This document shows, one piece after another, positions 19,913 to 29,346 of a stretch of DNA of 64,000 nt. Below the pieces are notes generated by a model. The model did not search any database, was not told the DNA's origin, and saw only the letters and a program-made list of their open reading frames with translations. Each line of letters starts with the position of its first letter. The first letter of the stretch is position 1. A program made the position numbers and the translations under genes. The stretch is from Oxynema aestuarii AP17 (GTDB lineage Bacteria; Cyanobacteriota; Cyanobacteriia; Cyanobacteriales; Laspinemataceae), in NCBI RefSeq assembly GCF_012295525.1, contig NZ_CP051167.1:5621299-5685298 (forward strand), read 5' to 3'.

Positions 19913-19998
19913 AACCTGCCTTTCGTTGGCAGTTTAGGGATTGAGGCAGGCGATCGCCAACCTGCCTTTCGTTGGCAGTTTAGGGATTGAGGCAGGCG
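19913..19998. repeat. 2 × 46-bp perfect tandem duplication (AACCTGCCTTTCGTTGGCAGTTTAGGGATTGAGGCAGGCG), each unit bounded by HIP1-like GATCGC.
   Basis: Read directly. The two units are adjacent with no spacer, so this is not a CRISPR array. Confidence 0.7.
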
Positions 19999-20962
19999 CT
20001 CTCCGGTCTGGGCGAGTTGTAGATTTGGGCGGCGAACTGTTTTTTTCTCGGTAAAAGCGAATGCGCTCCCGGGCTTCGTCAAAATTTCGATCTCGTCACC
20101 TCCCCCCCATAATTGTTGCCGAGCACAGCGCACTGCACCAGGGTCAGCCGACAATAGCCCGAGCGCACCCCACACTGGCATTGACCCCGCCTATAAAGCG
20201 GGGTCGGTGGGTTAACAGTCAGCAGTAGAGTGGCGATCAGCAATCAAATCTAAGACTTTAGGTTGCCAGTGAACGCAAGCGCCACTCCATTGGTCGCGTG
20301 GTGGTGTTTAAGACTTGAGCGCATTCACGACCGGAGTTCAGTGAGTTGCCAGATGGTTTTTTTCAGTGCGAGCGCTTCGATTGGAGTCCGAGCGGGGCTT
20401 CGAGGTGGGCTGGCATTGCTCGCGTCCCACCACGCAAGCATCCTGGGCAATCCACTCGCTTTTGCGATCGCCTTCTAAAAATGCTGAAAAACGTCAACAT
20501 TCGTCAACTAACATTGCCCCGTTACGGCAGTGGCGGGGGTAGCGGTTGCCTGGGAAAATAACCGAAAAAAATCAACTTTTATCAACCCAGCCCCTTCATG
20601 TGAAAACCTGGAGTACGAGTTTTACACTCTTGCCCATAACCTGTTTACGAGTCGAATCATGGCAAAACCGCTCATGCGGACGCGGTTCAAGAGCGCCCTA
20701 CGAAACAAAGCAGATGCGGATGCCGGTGCCGCTTTTTCGCAGGTGATGGAACTGTGAGATCGCTACCGTGAGTTTATCGAAGCTGGGGGTTTTCCCGCTT
20801 CCTCGCGCCACCGATGCTGGAGTCTCGTTTGCTTGCAGGGTGACCCTCTTGCGATCGCAATGGCTACCCTCAAGCCTAGTTTAATTTTCATGTTCTTGAT
20901 TTCAAAGAGCGAGTAGGAAGAGAGGAATTACCCGAAGTTTAGCGGGTTGATAGGTTTTAGTT

Positions 20963-23900
20963 TCATGCGGTAGAAACCGCCACAGCCTCCGTACAGGCGA
21001 TCTCAACGCTATGAGCCGGAACAGTAACCGTTCCCATATCCGGCACTCGGATAATTACGTGCCATTCATTACGCCTGTAAGGATTTTGGAAGGGTTCCCC
21101 GTCAGCACGGCCTACCCACTGCCCCCAGTCGGGCCTAGGGTTGGTGGCGTCAGGGGCGATCGTAAACCATTTCCCCTTCCAGGTTTCGGCATCGGAGGCG
21201 ACTTCAGTCATGGGTTCGGGGTCTGCCATTGTTTCGGATTCTGGGGTGGGTTGGGTATCTATAGCGCTGTTTGCTGTATTAAATTCTGTACCATTTTCTA
21301 CTGGATTATATAGTTCACCCACAAAAATGGTACAGTCATTGGCGGCTTGTAATCCTTTGTCCGCATACGTTCTAGCTACTGCCCTAGCTACTGCTTTCCA
21401 GTTGGCCGTCTCCGAGAGTGAATAGTCGATTTGGTAGAGATTTTTCTTTTTGTTTTTGCCCCGCTGTTGTTGGGCACATCGGAGGCGAATCCCGAATAAT
21501 CCAAGGATCCAATTGAAGGATCGGATCGGATTCTGCGCGGGCATCCTTCCGCCTAGTCGGGCCCGAATCTGCGGATCCTTTCTCCATCGGTCAGCGATCG
21601 CCTGCACTTCCGGGTCATCTTTAGATTTAGGTGTTTTGAATACCTCTAAAATGCCCAATTCAGCCAAAGCCCTCACCTCCCCCAGATATGAGCGGAATTG
21701 ATAGGCTCTAAACCCTTCGCGCTTAATCCAAGATTCGGAGGTGGTAGATTTGGCGGTTTCCTGCTGCTGGAACAAAAACCACCGTTTTGCCTGCGATCGG
21801 GTATCCCTATTTTCCAAGTACCAGCGGATAAACTCGGGGGACCATTGCGGGTCTAGGTCAATTTCTGGGAGCGACATCCGGATCGAATGTCGGATCACCT
21901 TGGGGCGGTCCTCACGGTTGCAGCCTTTCTTCAATCTTGTAAATTCATCATCGTCAATGTTGTCGGCTTCATGAGCGCCGATCGCCTCCCTGTCTTTGAT
22001 TTCGTCTTTGGCATTTTTGAATTGAGCCAGCGCCTCGGGATCGGCTTCAACTGCTGCCTCAATTACCTCGCTTCCGTTGACTTCTAAGAGCCAGCGCAAG
22101 CATTCTCGCAGATTGGCTTTTTCATAGTTAGCCTTAGCCCGCTCCCAGTAGGCTTGGCGGCAATCGGGGGAATTGAGTTGGGTCTGCCAATTGTCGAACG
22201 TGCCGTGCCCCTCCCCGAAGGAATCCCAGAGGTTTTGAGCCAGACCAAACCGGATTGTGCGTTCGATCGCCCTGGGGGTGTACTGCCCTCCCTCTCCTAA
22301 TCCTTTAGGATTTACCCAAACATGACGCTCGCAACAGTCACGAATCCGCCAGACCATTTGGCTCAGGAGGTCAGCAGAAAGCACCCCATGAAAAATGCAG
22401 AACTGGGCATCAAACCAATCAGGCACCGAGATATCCACCCCACTCATGGCTGATGGGGAATAAATGAATCGGGTGATTTTGTTGGACAATATCGCCTCAT
22501 TTGGGTCTTTTAGGATCGACTTCATCCAATCCTCGGGTACTGTCGTCGAATCGACCCGATAGCCCTCCAAAATGCCCATAGCCGTGAGAGTTTCGTCAAG
22601 AGCCTCACAAGTTTTCTGGGAGTCACTCGCAATCGCGAATCGTTTCCCCTGTGTCGCCAGTTCGATAATCTGCTTAAGGATTGAGCTAAAGTTTCCAGCC
22701 TTTACGTCACCCTCGACAAGACTTCCTAGATGAAAATGGATCGGCGTCTTGGGGGTGACTGGTTTGGCGATTTTGGTTAGCTCAAGATGGGGTGCAACTG
22801 TCTGTAGGTATTCGCAGTGGCGATCGCCCAAGTATCCATCAAGTGCAACGATTGCCTTGCTGTGCTGTAGGGCATCATGCCAATTGGATTCGATAAATCT
22901 TTGCTCTGCCAATGGCCGGGACGTGAGGGTGCTTCCATCCACGAATTCTCGAATGATGGCTGTGGCTTCATCCAGTACGATGATGGCATCCTCCAAGTGC
23001 TGAGGCTTGAAGCGGTGCAGAGACTGGATACAAAAAAGGTGATGCCCTAAAGGGTCGGGTGCAAAGAAGAATTCATCATCCTCACTGCGGAAGTGCAGCC
23101 CCTTTACTTTCTCAGCAGTTTGGATCAGAAGAGTGTTTGACACCCCCAGGTAAAGGATTTTATGCTTACCCTTAAATGCTGATGCCAGCTTCACAAGCGC
23201 GGTGGTTTTGCCCGCGCCCATCCCGGCCCGGACTGCGGTAATCTTCCCTAGAATCTCATCAGGATCTAGATCCACCCAATCCCCTTGGATTAGGCGATCA
23301 GGCGTGAACTGGTAGCATTTTTCCCATTGCTGTCGCTGCTGTTGAGCCTTCCATGCTTGCTTCTCTTCATCCGTGAATTCGTGTCGCTTGGGGTTGGCTT
23401 CTTGAAGGGGGCCAAAAAATTCGGCTGCGGGCTTGAGCTTGATCGCCGTGCCTTCCGGCAACTCATCGCAGTCGGGCTGGGATTTATCGTTCCACTGACC
23501 CCAGTCAGCGAACTGAAGCTCAATCCCTTCCTTATCTAAGAGGGCTTTTAAATTTCGGTAAGATGCTTTGACGTGGGCATTAACCCGGCTCCCCCCATCC
23601 GGCCAAAAGATGGCCTTTTTAATCCCAAAATCTTTGATGGCCTTCTGGGTGATGAGTGCGGGGAAATTCCCCCCGGCTGCACCGAGCCATAAGCCTGAGC
23701 GCAACGATTGGGCTATATCCGGCTTGAGGATGCCTTCGGAAAAGTTGCCTATGCCGTCGATTGCCGTACCCAATGCGGTGATAGGCATCTCGCCGTTTGG
23801 CAGCTTCGAGTCGAGAGGCGACTTGCTCCAAATGTACTTACCGCCTGCGATTTGACCAAAGCCAGAGGGGTCTTTTCTCCACTGGAAGCCGATAATTTTG

Positions 23901-25864
23901 TCACCCCAGAAGGCAGGGCAAATCATGCCGCCGCGCTCTGAACTCCCAAATGACCCAAGCTCGATCGCCTCTGCGGACAATCCCCGTGCTTTTAAATTTT
24001 GATAATGTCTATCCGACAGTGGGCGAGATTTTAGGTATTGGCGGTATTGCCGATCACGTTCTGCAAAAGCCTCCTCTAGGCGATCAGTTGCCTCAATCTT
24101 GCGGGCTTGTTCCTGTTTCTGAGCCTGTACCCTGATGCGTTGCTGGCGTTCCCATTCCTGGCGCTTCTCTTCTGTCCAGCGATCGTACTTGCGAATCATC
24201 ACGGGTAACCCGTAACGACCGCCGAGGGGGCGCAGGTGGAATTGGGGGATGAGTCCGGCGTGCAATAGGGAACTTTTGCCGACGCCGGAGGGTCCGTAAA
24301 CGATCGCGAGTTTATGTGAGGTTTGGCTGAGGCGATCTTTGATTAAAAAATCGACATCGTCCTGGCGCCCGGAAAGGGCGAAGGTGGGGGCGAGGTCGCC
24401 GCTTGGGTCGCGTTGTCTCAGTTGCGGTTGCACTTGTCCGGCGCCGATGAATGCCAGCAAGCCGTATTGATAACCGAGGCGTTGTTGAATTTGCTTGATG
24501 GCAAAGGCTTTGCGGTACTCTTGCTGCTGGTAGTACAGTTGGTGCAAGGTGGCTAAGATGCGGTTGATGTAGAGCTCGGGGTCGAAGTCGGGTCGTCGTT
24601 CGGTGGCGGTTGTCGCCTCGGTGTCGATGCCGACGATTTCCCGGGCTTGTTCTAAAGCGGCGATCGCCCCTTCCCACTCTTTTAATTCTTGCAAGTTTAA
24701 CGCAATTAACAATAAATAGTAAGCCTGCGGCATCCCTGGGGACGGCTCAATTTTGGCCACGGTGGCGAGGGCCGATTGCGCCCACTTTCCCCCTTGTGTC
24801 CACTGCTGCCGATGGTAGGCTACTTCTGCTAAAAAGCCGTAATATCGGGCTTCCCGAAGCGGGTCGGGATGTTGGCGATGTTCGCTTAACTTCTGGTGGG
24901 CGAAGGCTTCTAACTCGTCCCACCCCTGCATCTGCTGCAAAACCGCCCCGAGTTCGACGGCATACTTGAGTTTCAAATCTTCCCGTCCGGCAATTTGGAG
25001 GGTGTCGAGACAGGCTTGCATCGCCTGTTTGGCTTCGTTCCACTGCGCTTGGCGCTGGTGACAGGCGGCAATATAAAAATGGGCGATCGCCTGTCTTTCT
25101 AGAGCTTGGGTACGAGTGAGGGCGATCGCTTCCCCCTGCCAAAAACTCAAACTTTTGTGATAGTCTTGCAAGGCTTGTTCGAGTTCTCCCCCCAGATAAG
25201 CGCGCCATCCTGCCATAAAATTGAGACAGGCGTTTAACTCGGGAGACCATTGCACCCGGCGCCGTTCTAATTCCTGGACAGCAAAGTTGATTTCTTGTTG
25301 TTCGACGGGACTAAAAATTTCCTCGGGGGACATCAATTCCCCGCCTTCAATGATGATTTTAAACCCTTTTTCTCCTCGATTTTTTAAAAATTGCAGCAGG
25401 CGATCGTCGCTCATCGAAAAATTGAGACTAATTCCCCAACTTTTAAAATCTTTAATGACCCGAGTAAACTGTTTAGAAATTTCGTCATTGACCCAAATAA
25501 TGACAGGGAATGCAAAGTTTTGCCGAAACTGTTCTCGCGCGTGATTGGTAGCACTTAAAATTGCTTCAATTTCTGTCAGTTCTTCCAATCCATAAACCAT
25601 GACTGCTTTGGCAGGGGTTTCGGCGATCGCCCTCGCGATCGGATTGTACAGATCGGCGATCGGGTTTTCTAGAGGAATTTCGAGAATAGGAAAAGGAGAT
25701 TTTTCTTGCAAGCGGCGGATCGATTGCTGTCGAAAGTCCCTGAAGTTGCAGCGCGCAAAAATTAGAGCAAATTCTCCCTCAGATAACTCTAGAGTATTAA
25801 TAATTTGATCTAGAATTTGTTCGCTATTGGGGTCGAGTGTCCCTGCATTGTGCGTGGTGTCCAT
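20963..25864 (-). CDS. Large multidomain protein, about 1630 aa. From the N-terminus it has an unknown domain of about 190 aa, TPR-like helical repeats, an orphan P-loop (AIVYGPSGVGKSSLLHAGLIP) with no obvious Walker B, a coiled coil, a DUF3854 (Toprim/primase-like) domain, and a P-loop NTPase (GMGAGKTT…IVLDEA, SF3/D5-type helicase-like). After that comes a long C-terminal region of the kind seen in cyanobacterial plasmid replication proteins. The likely start is ATG at 25864; the GTG at 25882 used by the ORF track lies inside a repeat element.
   Basis: Motifs were read from the translation. The protein sits in a plasmid- or ICE-like context with an IS, iteron-like repeats and a dispersed repeat. 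Confidence 0.65.
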   Translation of the reverse strand: MDTTHNAGTLDPNSEQILDQIINTLELSEGEFALIFARCNFRDFRQQSIRRLQEKSPFPILEIPLENPIADLYNPIARAIAETPAKAVMVYGLEELTEIEAILSATNHAREQFRQNFAFPVIIWVNDEISKQFTRVIKDFKSWGISLNFSMSDDRLLQFLKNRGEKGFKIIIEGGELMSPEEIFSPVEQQEINFAVQELERRRVQWSPELNACLNFMAGWRAYLGGELEQALQDYHKSLSFWQGEAIALTRTQALERQAIAHFYIAACHQRQAQWNEAKQAMQACLDTLQIAGREDLKLKYAVELGAVLQQMQGWDELEAFAHQKLSEHRQHPDPLREARYYGFLAEVAYHRQQWTQGGKWAQSALATVAKIEPSPGMPQAYYLLLIALNLQELKEWEGAIAALEQAREIVGIDTEATTATERRPDFDPELYINRILATLHQLYYQQQEYRKAFAIKQIQQRLGYQYGLLAFIGAGQVQPQLRQRDPSGDLAPTFALSGRQDDVDFLIKDRLSQTSHKLAIVYGPSGVGKSSLLHAGLIPQFHLRPLGGRYGLPVMIRKYDRWTEEKRQEWERQQRIRVQAQKQEQARKIEATDRLEEAFAERDRQYRQYLKSRPLSDRHYQNLKARGLSAEAIELGSFGSSERGGMICPAFWGDKIIGFQWRKDPSGFGQIAGGKYIWSKSPLDSKLPNGEMPITALGTAIDGIGNFSEGILKPDIAQSLRSGLWLGAAGGNFPALITQKAIKDFGIKKAIFWPDGGSRVNAHVKASYRNLKALLDKEGIELQFADWGQWNDKSQPDCDELPEGTAIKLKPAAEFFGPLQEANPKRHEFTDEEKQAWKAQQQRQQWEKCYQFTPDRLIQGDWVDLDPDEILGKITAVRAGMGAGKTTALVKLASAFKGKHKILYLGVSNTLLIQTAEKVKGLHFRSEDDEFFFAPDPLGHHLFCIQSLHRFKPQHLEDAIIVLDEATAIIREFVDGSTLTSRPLAEQRFIESNWHDALQHSKAIVALDGYLGDRHCEYLQTVAPHLELTKIAKPVTPKTPIHFHLGSLVEGDVKAGNFSSILKQIIELATQGKRFAIASDSQKTCEALDETLTAMGILEGYRVDSTTVPEDWMKSILKDPNEAILSNKITRFIYSPSAMSGVDISVPDWFDAQFCIFHGVLSADLLSQMVWRIRDCCERHVWVNPKGLGEGGQYTPRAIERTIRFGLAQNLWDSFGEGHGTFDNWQTQLNSPDCRQAYWERAKANYEKANLRECLRWLLEVNGSEVIEAAVEADPEALAQFKNAKDEIKDREAIGAHEADNIDDDEFTRLKKGCNREDRPKVIRHSIRMSLPEIDLDPQWSPEFIRWYLENRDTRSQAKRWFLFQQQETAKSTTSESWIKREGFRAYQFRSYLGEVRALAELGILEVFKTPKSKDDPEVQAIADRWRKDPQIRARLGGRMPAQNPIRSFNWILGLFGIRLRCAQQQRGKNKKKNLYQIDYSLSETANWKAVARAVARTYADKGLQAANDCTIFVGELYNPVENGTEFNTANSAIDTQPTPESETMADPEPMTEVASDAETWKGKWFTIAPDATNPRPDWGQWVGRADGEPFQNPYRRNEWHVIIRVPDMGTVTVPAHSVEIACTEAVAVSTA

Positions 25865-25874
25865 GGTTTTTTTA

Positions 25875-26104
25875 TACAGCACTCGGGCATCTTAGTGAGG
25901 TACAGTGCCGATCCCCTTCTATCCCCCCAACCCCCCTTTGAAAGGGGGGCGAAGGAGGGTTAGGGGGGAACGAGGAAAGTAGGGGTTTGGTAATCCAACC
26001 CCTACCTGGCGAGGGGGATTTAGGCGGATCTAGAGGAAAGTCCCCCTTTTTAAGGGGGATTTAGGGGGATCTAAATGTTTTGCATAGCAGAGGAAAATGC
26101 TATA
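25875..26104. repeat. Copy A of a dispersed MITE-like repeat. Its terminus is TACAGCACTCGGG…, its interior has G/C palindromes, and its conserved 3' module is GTCCCCCTTTTTAAGGGGGATTTAGGGGGATCTAAATGTTTTGCATAGCAGAGGAAAATGCT.
   Basis: Three copies occur in the window (also at 42881 and 53435). The ends form short inverted repeats (CTACAGCA…TGCTGTAG). Confidence 0.65.
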
Positions 26105-26181
26105 TGGAAGTTTGGGGTGACTTTAATCCCCTCAGTTCCCCTTGAGAAGGGGGGCTTTTGAAAAGGGAATTTTGGGAAATT

Positions 26182-27522
26182 TCATGTGAGTTCGGGGGCG
26201 TCTTCTAAGAGGGGATTGAGATCGAACCAGCGACCGAATTCGTTGGTGCGATATTCAAAAACGAATAAACTCCTTAAAAGGATTTGATATTGATCTTCTC
26301 CGGTCACTTTTTTAGTTTGCGAGACTTTTTTAAGTAACTCCCATTCCAGTTCGGTAATTGCCAGCATCAGGTCATCTCGTTCTTGACGAATGGCAATTTC
26401 GAGGCGATCGCGGGTAATCGGTAATTGCTTGCTTTGTTGCAAACAGCGAAATAACAAACTGAGTAAATTTCGCACGTGACCGCCACTGATACCACAGAGG
26501 CGATCGAGGGTTTCGGGACGGTCAACAACCTCGGTGATGCGATCGCGCCGTTGTTTTGGCGACAGTTTGGGAAAAGCGCGGGCTAAAATCGCCTGTCTTA
26601 ATAATTCTAACCCTTTTTCACAGTTTTGACCGTCGGCTAACTTCACCGGAACCATCGGTAAGACCATCGGCGCATTACCTCCCCCTAAACGCTTTTTTAA
26701 TGCTTCCCGTTCGTTAGAAAACATCAACACGAGGGGGATGGTATAAACCACATGACATTTTAATTCCTTTAACTGTTCTCCTCGGGTAATAAATAAATAT
26801 TCGACCGCACTTTTATCATCCGATCTTTTACGATTGTCTACGCGATCGAGACTGTCGATAATAATGACCAGTCCTTCTTTTCCTTGCTTCTTTAATTGAA
26901 GGTTAGCAGGTTGGATTAAATCGCCGTTAATCGCCTGTAGTAAGGTATTTGTTTTCGGTTCTAAATAGTCGCGCAGGCGATCGCGCATTTGTGGACTATC
27001 TTTAGTTTTGGCAACAATCTTACCCAGGTTAACTTTAGCACCAAGAAAAGAAATTTCTGGATTAAACTCCATTTCTGCTTTCAGTTCGATGGGAGTGAGC
27101 AGAAACTGCACGCATTGTTCTAAAAGCTCATTAAAATAACCGGGTTTGAGGTTGAGGCTTTGCTGTTCTAAAGTATCGAGAACTTTTTGGGCGATCGCCA
27201 ATAAAACATCGGTGACGTCCACATCTCCCATTTCCAAATCGTCGCGGGTGTCGATATAAACGACAACAAAACCCTGTTTTTCTAGCTCGAATTTTAAGCG
27301 CAATAACTCGGTCGATTTACCACAACCAATATGTCCGGTGAAAAGCTGACAAGTCGGATCTGGAGAAAGGAGGGAGATCGTTTCTCCGAGTTGTTCGACA
27401 ATATCCGTACCTCTGACGGAAGTAAAATCAATGTAATAATCTTTATCCTCAGGTCTCTCAATCCAGATGGTTTTGCTGGGATTGCAGGCGCGAAAAAAGC
27501 GTTTAAACTCATTTCTATCCAT
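26182..27522 (-). CDS. ORC/Cdc6-like or AAA_16-type P-loop ATPase with Walker A TGHIGCGKSTELL and Walker B LVIIIDSLDR. The C-terminal half looks like a lid/winged-helix region.
   Basis: Motifs were read from the translation. The start is ATG at 27522 (MDRNEF…); the longer ORF-track start is less likely. Confidence 0.55.
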   Translation of the reverse strand: MDRNEFKRFFRACNPSKTIWIERPEDKDYYIDFTSVRGTDIVEQLGETISLLSPDPTCQLFTGHIGCGKSTELLRLKFELEKQGFVVVYIDTRDDLEMGDVDVTDVLLAIAQKVLDTLEQQSLNLKPGYFNELLEQCVQFLLTPIELKAEMEFNPEISFLGAKVNLGKIVAKTKDSPQMRDRLRDYLEPKTNTLLQAINGDLIQPANLQLKKQGKEGLVIIIDSLDRVDNRKRSDDKSAVEYLFITRGEQLKELKCHVVYTIPLVLMFSNEREALKKRLGGGNAPMVLPMVPVKLADGQNCEKGLELLRQAILARAFPKLSPKQRRDRITEVVDRPETLDRLCGISGGHVRNLLSLLFRCLQQSKQLPITRDRLEIAIRQERDDLMLAITELEWELLKKVSQTKKVTGEDQYQILLRSLFVFEYRTNEFGRWFDLNPLLEDAPELT

Positions 27523-27693
27523 GATGTGATTTCCATCATTGGGGATGGGCGATCGGATGGCGTCGGGATAGCACCTTTTCGAGGTTTGGCTCGATCGTAT
27601 TCTACTTTTGAGGAATTGTCCCGGGAAATGTAACATTTATTTGCCTCCGGGGGCGCAACCAGAACACCCCCGGTACAAACATCGGTACAAACA

Positions 27694-28404
27694 TTAAGAA
27701 ATCTGCGGTTTCCAGGCTTCTAAAGTCCACGCCATTTCCCAAAACATCCACTCGTAGCGACTGCTAATCGTGAAAATTTCATCGAGACGGCGGAACGTTT
27801 TCTCATCCTCGGGGGTGATGCGATTGAGGGTGGTCCGCAACCACGTTCCGACTTCTTCAAAGCTGGGATCGGCGTAGGTTTGAATCCAATTGCGATAGGG
27901 ATGGTCGGCGGGCGGGTCGCCGAGGCTCACAAAGTGCTTGCCGATTTCGGCATAAATCCAGGCGCAGGGGAGAGTGGCGGTGATAATTTCGGGTAAAGTA
28001 CCGTTGTTAACGACGCTCAATAGATGTCTTGTATAAGCGTAATTGGTCGGCGCGAGGGGGGTTGCCTCCATTTGTGCGATCGTCAAACCGAACTCGCGGG
28101 CGAAGGTTTCGTGCAGTTCCCGTTCGACGCGGATGGTGTCGAGGGCGAGTTGGCACATTTTTTCCATGACGGCGGGTTCGTCGCTGGCGATCGCCCCGGC
28201 GGCGAAAATTTTAGTGAGTTGTTCGAGAAACCGGGCATCTTGAAGGATGTAAAACTCGAAGTTTTCCCGAGGTAAGCTGCCATTCCCCAGGGCTTCAACA
28301 AAGGGATGGTCGAACTGTCGTTCCCAGATCGATCGGCTGTTTTGGAAGAGGCGATCGCACAACGTCCCGGGTTCGGCGCCGACGCGCTTGGAAAGGTCTA
28401 GCAT
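27694..28404 (-). CDS. tenA: TenA/THI-4 family thiaminase II / aminopyrimidine salvage protein.
   Basis: …FVEALGNGSLPRENFEFYILQDARFLEQL… matches the TenA fold signature. Starting at the internal ATG (MLDLSKR) gives an 18-nt gap to the upstream gene. Confidence 0.6.
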   Translation of the reverse strand: MLDLSKRVGAEPGTLCDRLFQNSRSIWERQFDHPFVEALGNGSLPRENFEFYILQDARFLEQLTKIFAAGAIASDEPAVMEKMCQLALDTIRVERELHETFAREFGLTIAQMEATPLAPTNYAYTRHLLSVVNNGTLPEIITATLPCAWIYAEIGKHFVSLGDPPADHPYRNWIQTYADPSFEEVGTWLRTTLNRITPEDEKTFRRLDEIFTISSRYEWMFWEMAWTLEAWKPQIS

Positions 28405-28421
28405 AGTTGCAACTGAAGGAT

Positions 28422-29225
28422 TTAGGGTGAATGGGTCGCGATCGATCTTACACAAAGAACGGTTTCGAGGCGATCGCCCGCGATCTGTACCCGAATCGCC
28501 CGCGCCTGAATCCCCCGATCTGCGGCGCGATCGAGGTTGAAGCGACGGGCGACGGCGTTTAACCCGCGCACGAATTGCCCGGGGGCGGGGCGATCGTTGA
28601 CTAAGACTTGCGGTTCACTCAATTCTAATTGCCGTCCGTCGATCCATCTAAACCCAGTTTTAATCGTCAGTTTGAGGCGATCGCTGTAGCCTTTTTCGGC
28701 GAGTTGGGTCTCGAAAACAATGCGATTATTTTCTAATAGCTCAATTTGCGGATCGACGAGGGTATAACGGCTGGCATTTTGCCGCAGTAAGGGGGAATCA
28801 AAAATTTCAGTGGCTACAGTTTGCAGGGTATTCAAAAACTCGGGCGATCGCAAAGCCCGATTGAGGTCAGTTTCGGTTAACACTAAATGAATGGCGGCGA
28901 TCGCGGGGCGTTCCAAACTCTCCACGGCGCGATCGCGCGATCCCCGGCGCAATTTCTCTAAATCGACGGCGATCGGATCGGTTTCGATGTCTAAGGTATC
29001 GATTCTTAAATCTGGCAAAACGTACAATCCCCGACCCGCCAAACGAAACCGATCGATCTTGCCTCGAATCACTTGATAGTTCGGGGTATTATCGATTCTT
29101 ACTTCTAAGACTTCCACCCCGTGGAGGCGATCGCGCAATTCGCGTTCGATGACGGTATCGGAAACTGTATTAACGGGGGAAATAACTGTTAATAAGCTTG
29201 AAAACAGGATCGTTAGAAATTCCAC
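28422..29225 (-). CDS. DUF2993-family (lipid-binding-like) cyanobacterial protein.
   Basis: The assignment rests on length, composition and weak family recall only. Confidence 0.35.
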   Translation of the reverse strand: MEFLTILFSSLLTVISPVNTVSDTVIERELRDRLHGVEVLEVRIDNTPNYQVIRGKIDRFRLAGRGLYVLPDLRIDTLDIETDPIAVDLEKLRRGSRDRAVESLERPAIAAIHLVLTETDLNRALRSPEFLNTLQTVATEIFDSPLLRQNASRYTLVDPQIELLENNRIVFETQLAEKGYSDRLKLTIKTGFRWIDGRQLELSEPQVLVNDRPAPGQFVRGLNAVARRFNLDRAADRGIQARAIRVQIAGDRLETVLCVRSIATHSP

Positions 29226-29346
29226 GGCTTTTTATGACACTACTAATAGTAACCCGGCAATGCCGTGTCCCCACGTTCATTGCCGGGAAACTAGGAATGA
29301 CTGACCAAGTGGTTCGCCAAATTCAGAAACGCGATCGCTTCACCAG

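Noticed and set aside
19913-19998. Possible CRISPR array next to IS copy 3
   Set aside because: There are only two units, directly abutting with no spacers, and no cas genes nearby. It is a simple 46-bp tandem duplication.
19807-20181. 124-aa minus-strand ORF ending …YSNPKSFVAKIHKNIA
   Set aside because: Its C-terminus is the same read-through of the IS right terminal repeat that terminates ORF 2311..5154, and the rest runs through the tandem repeats. It is spurious.
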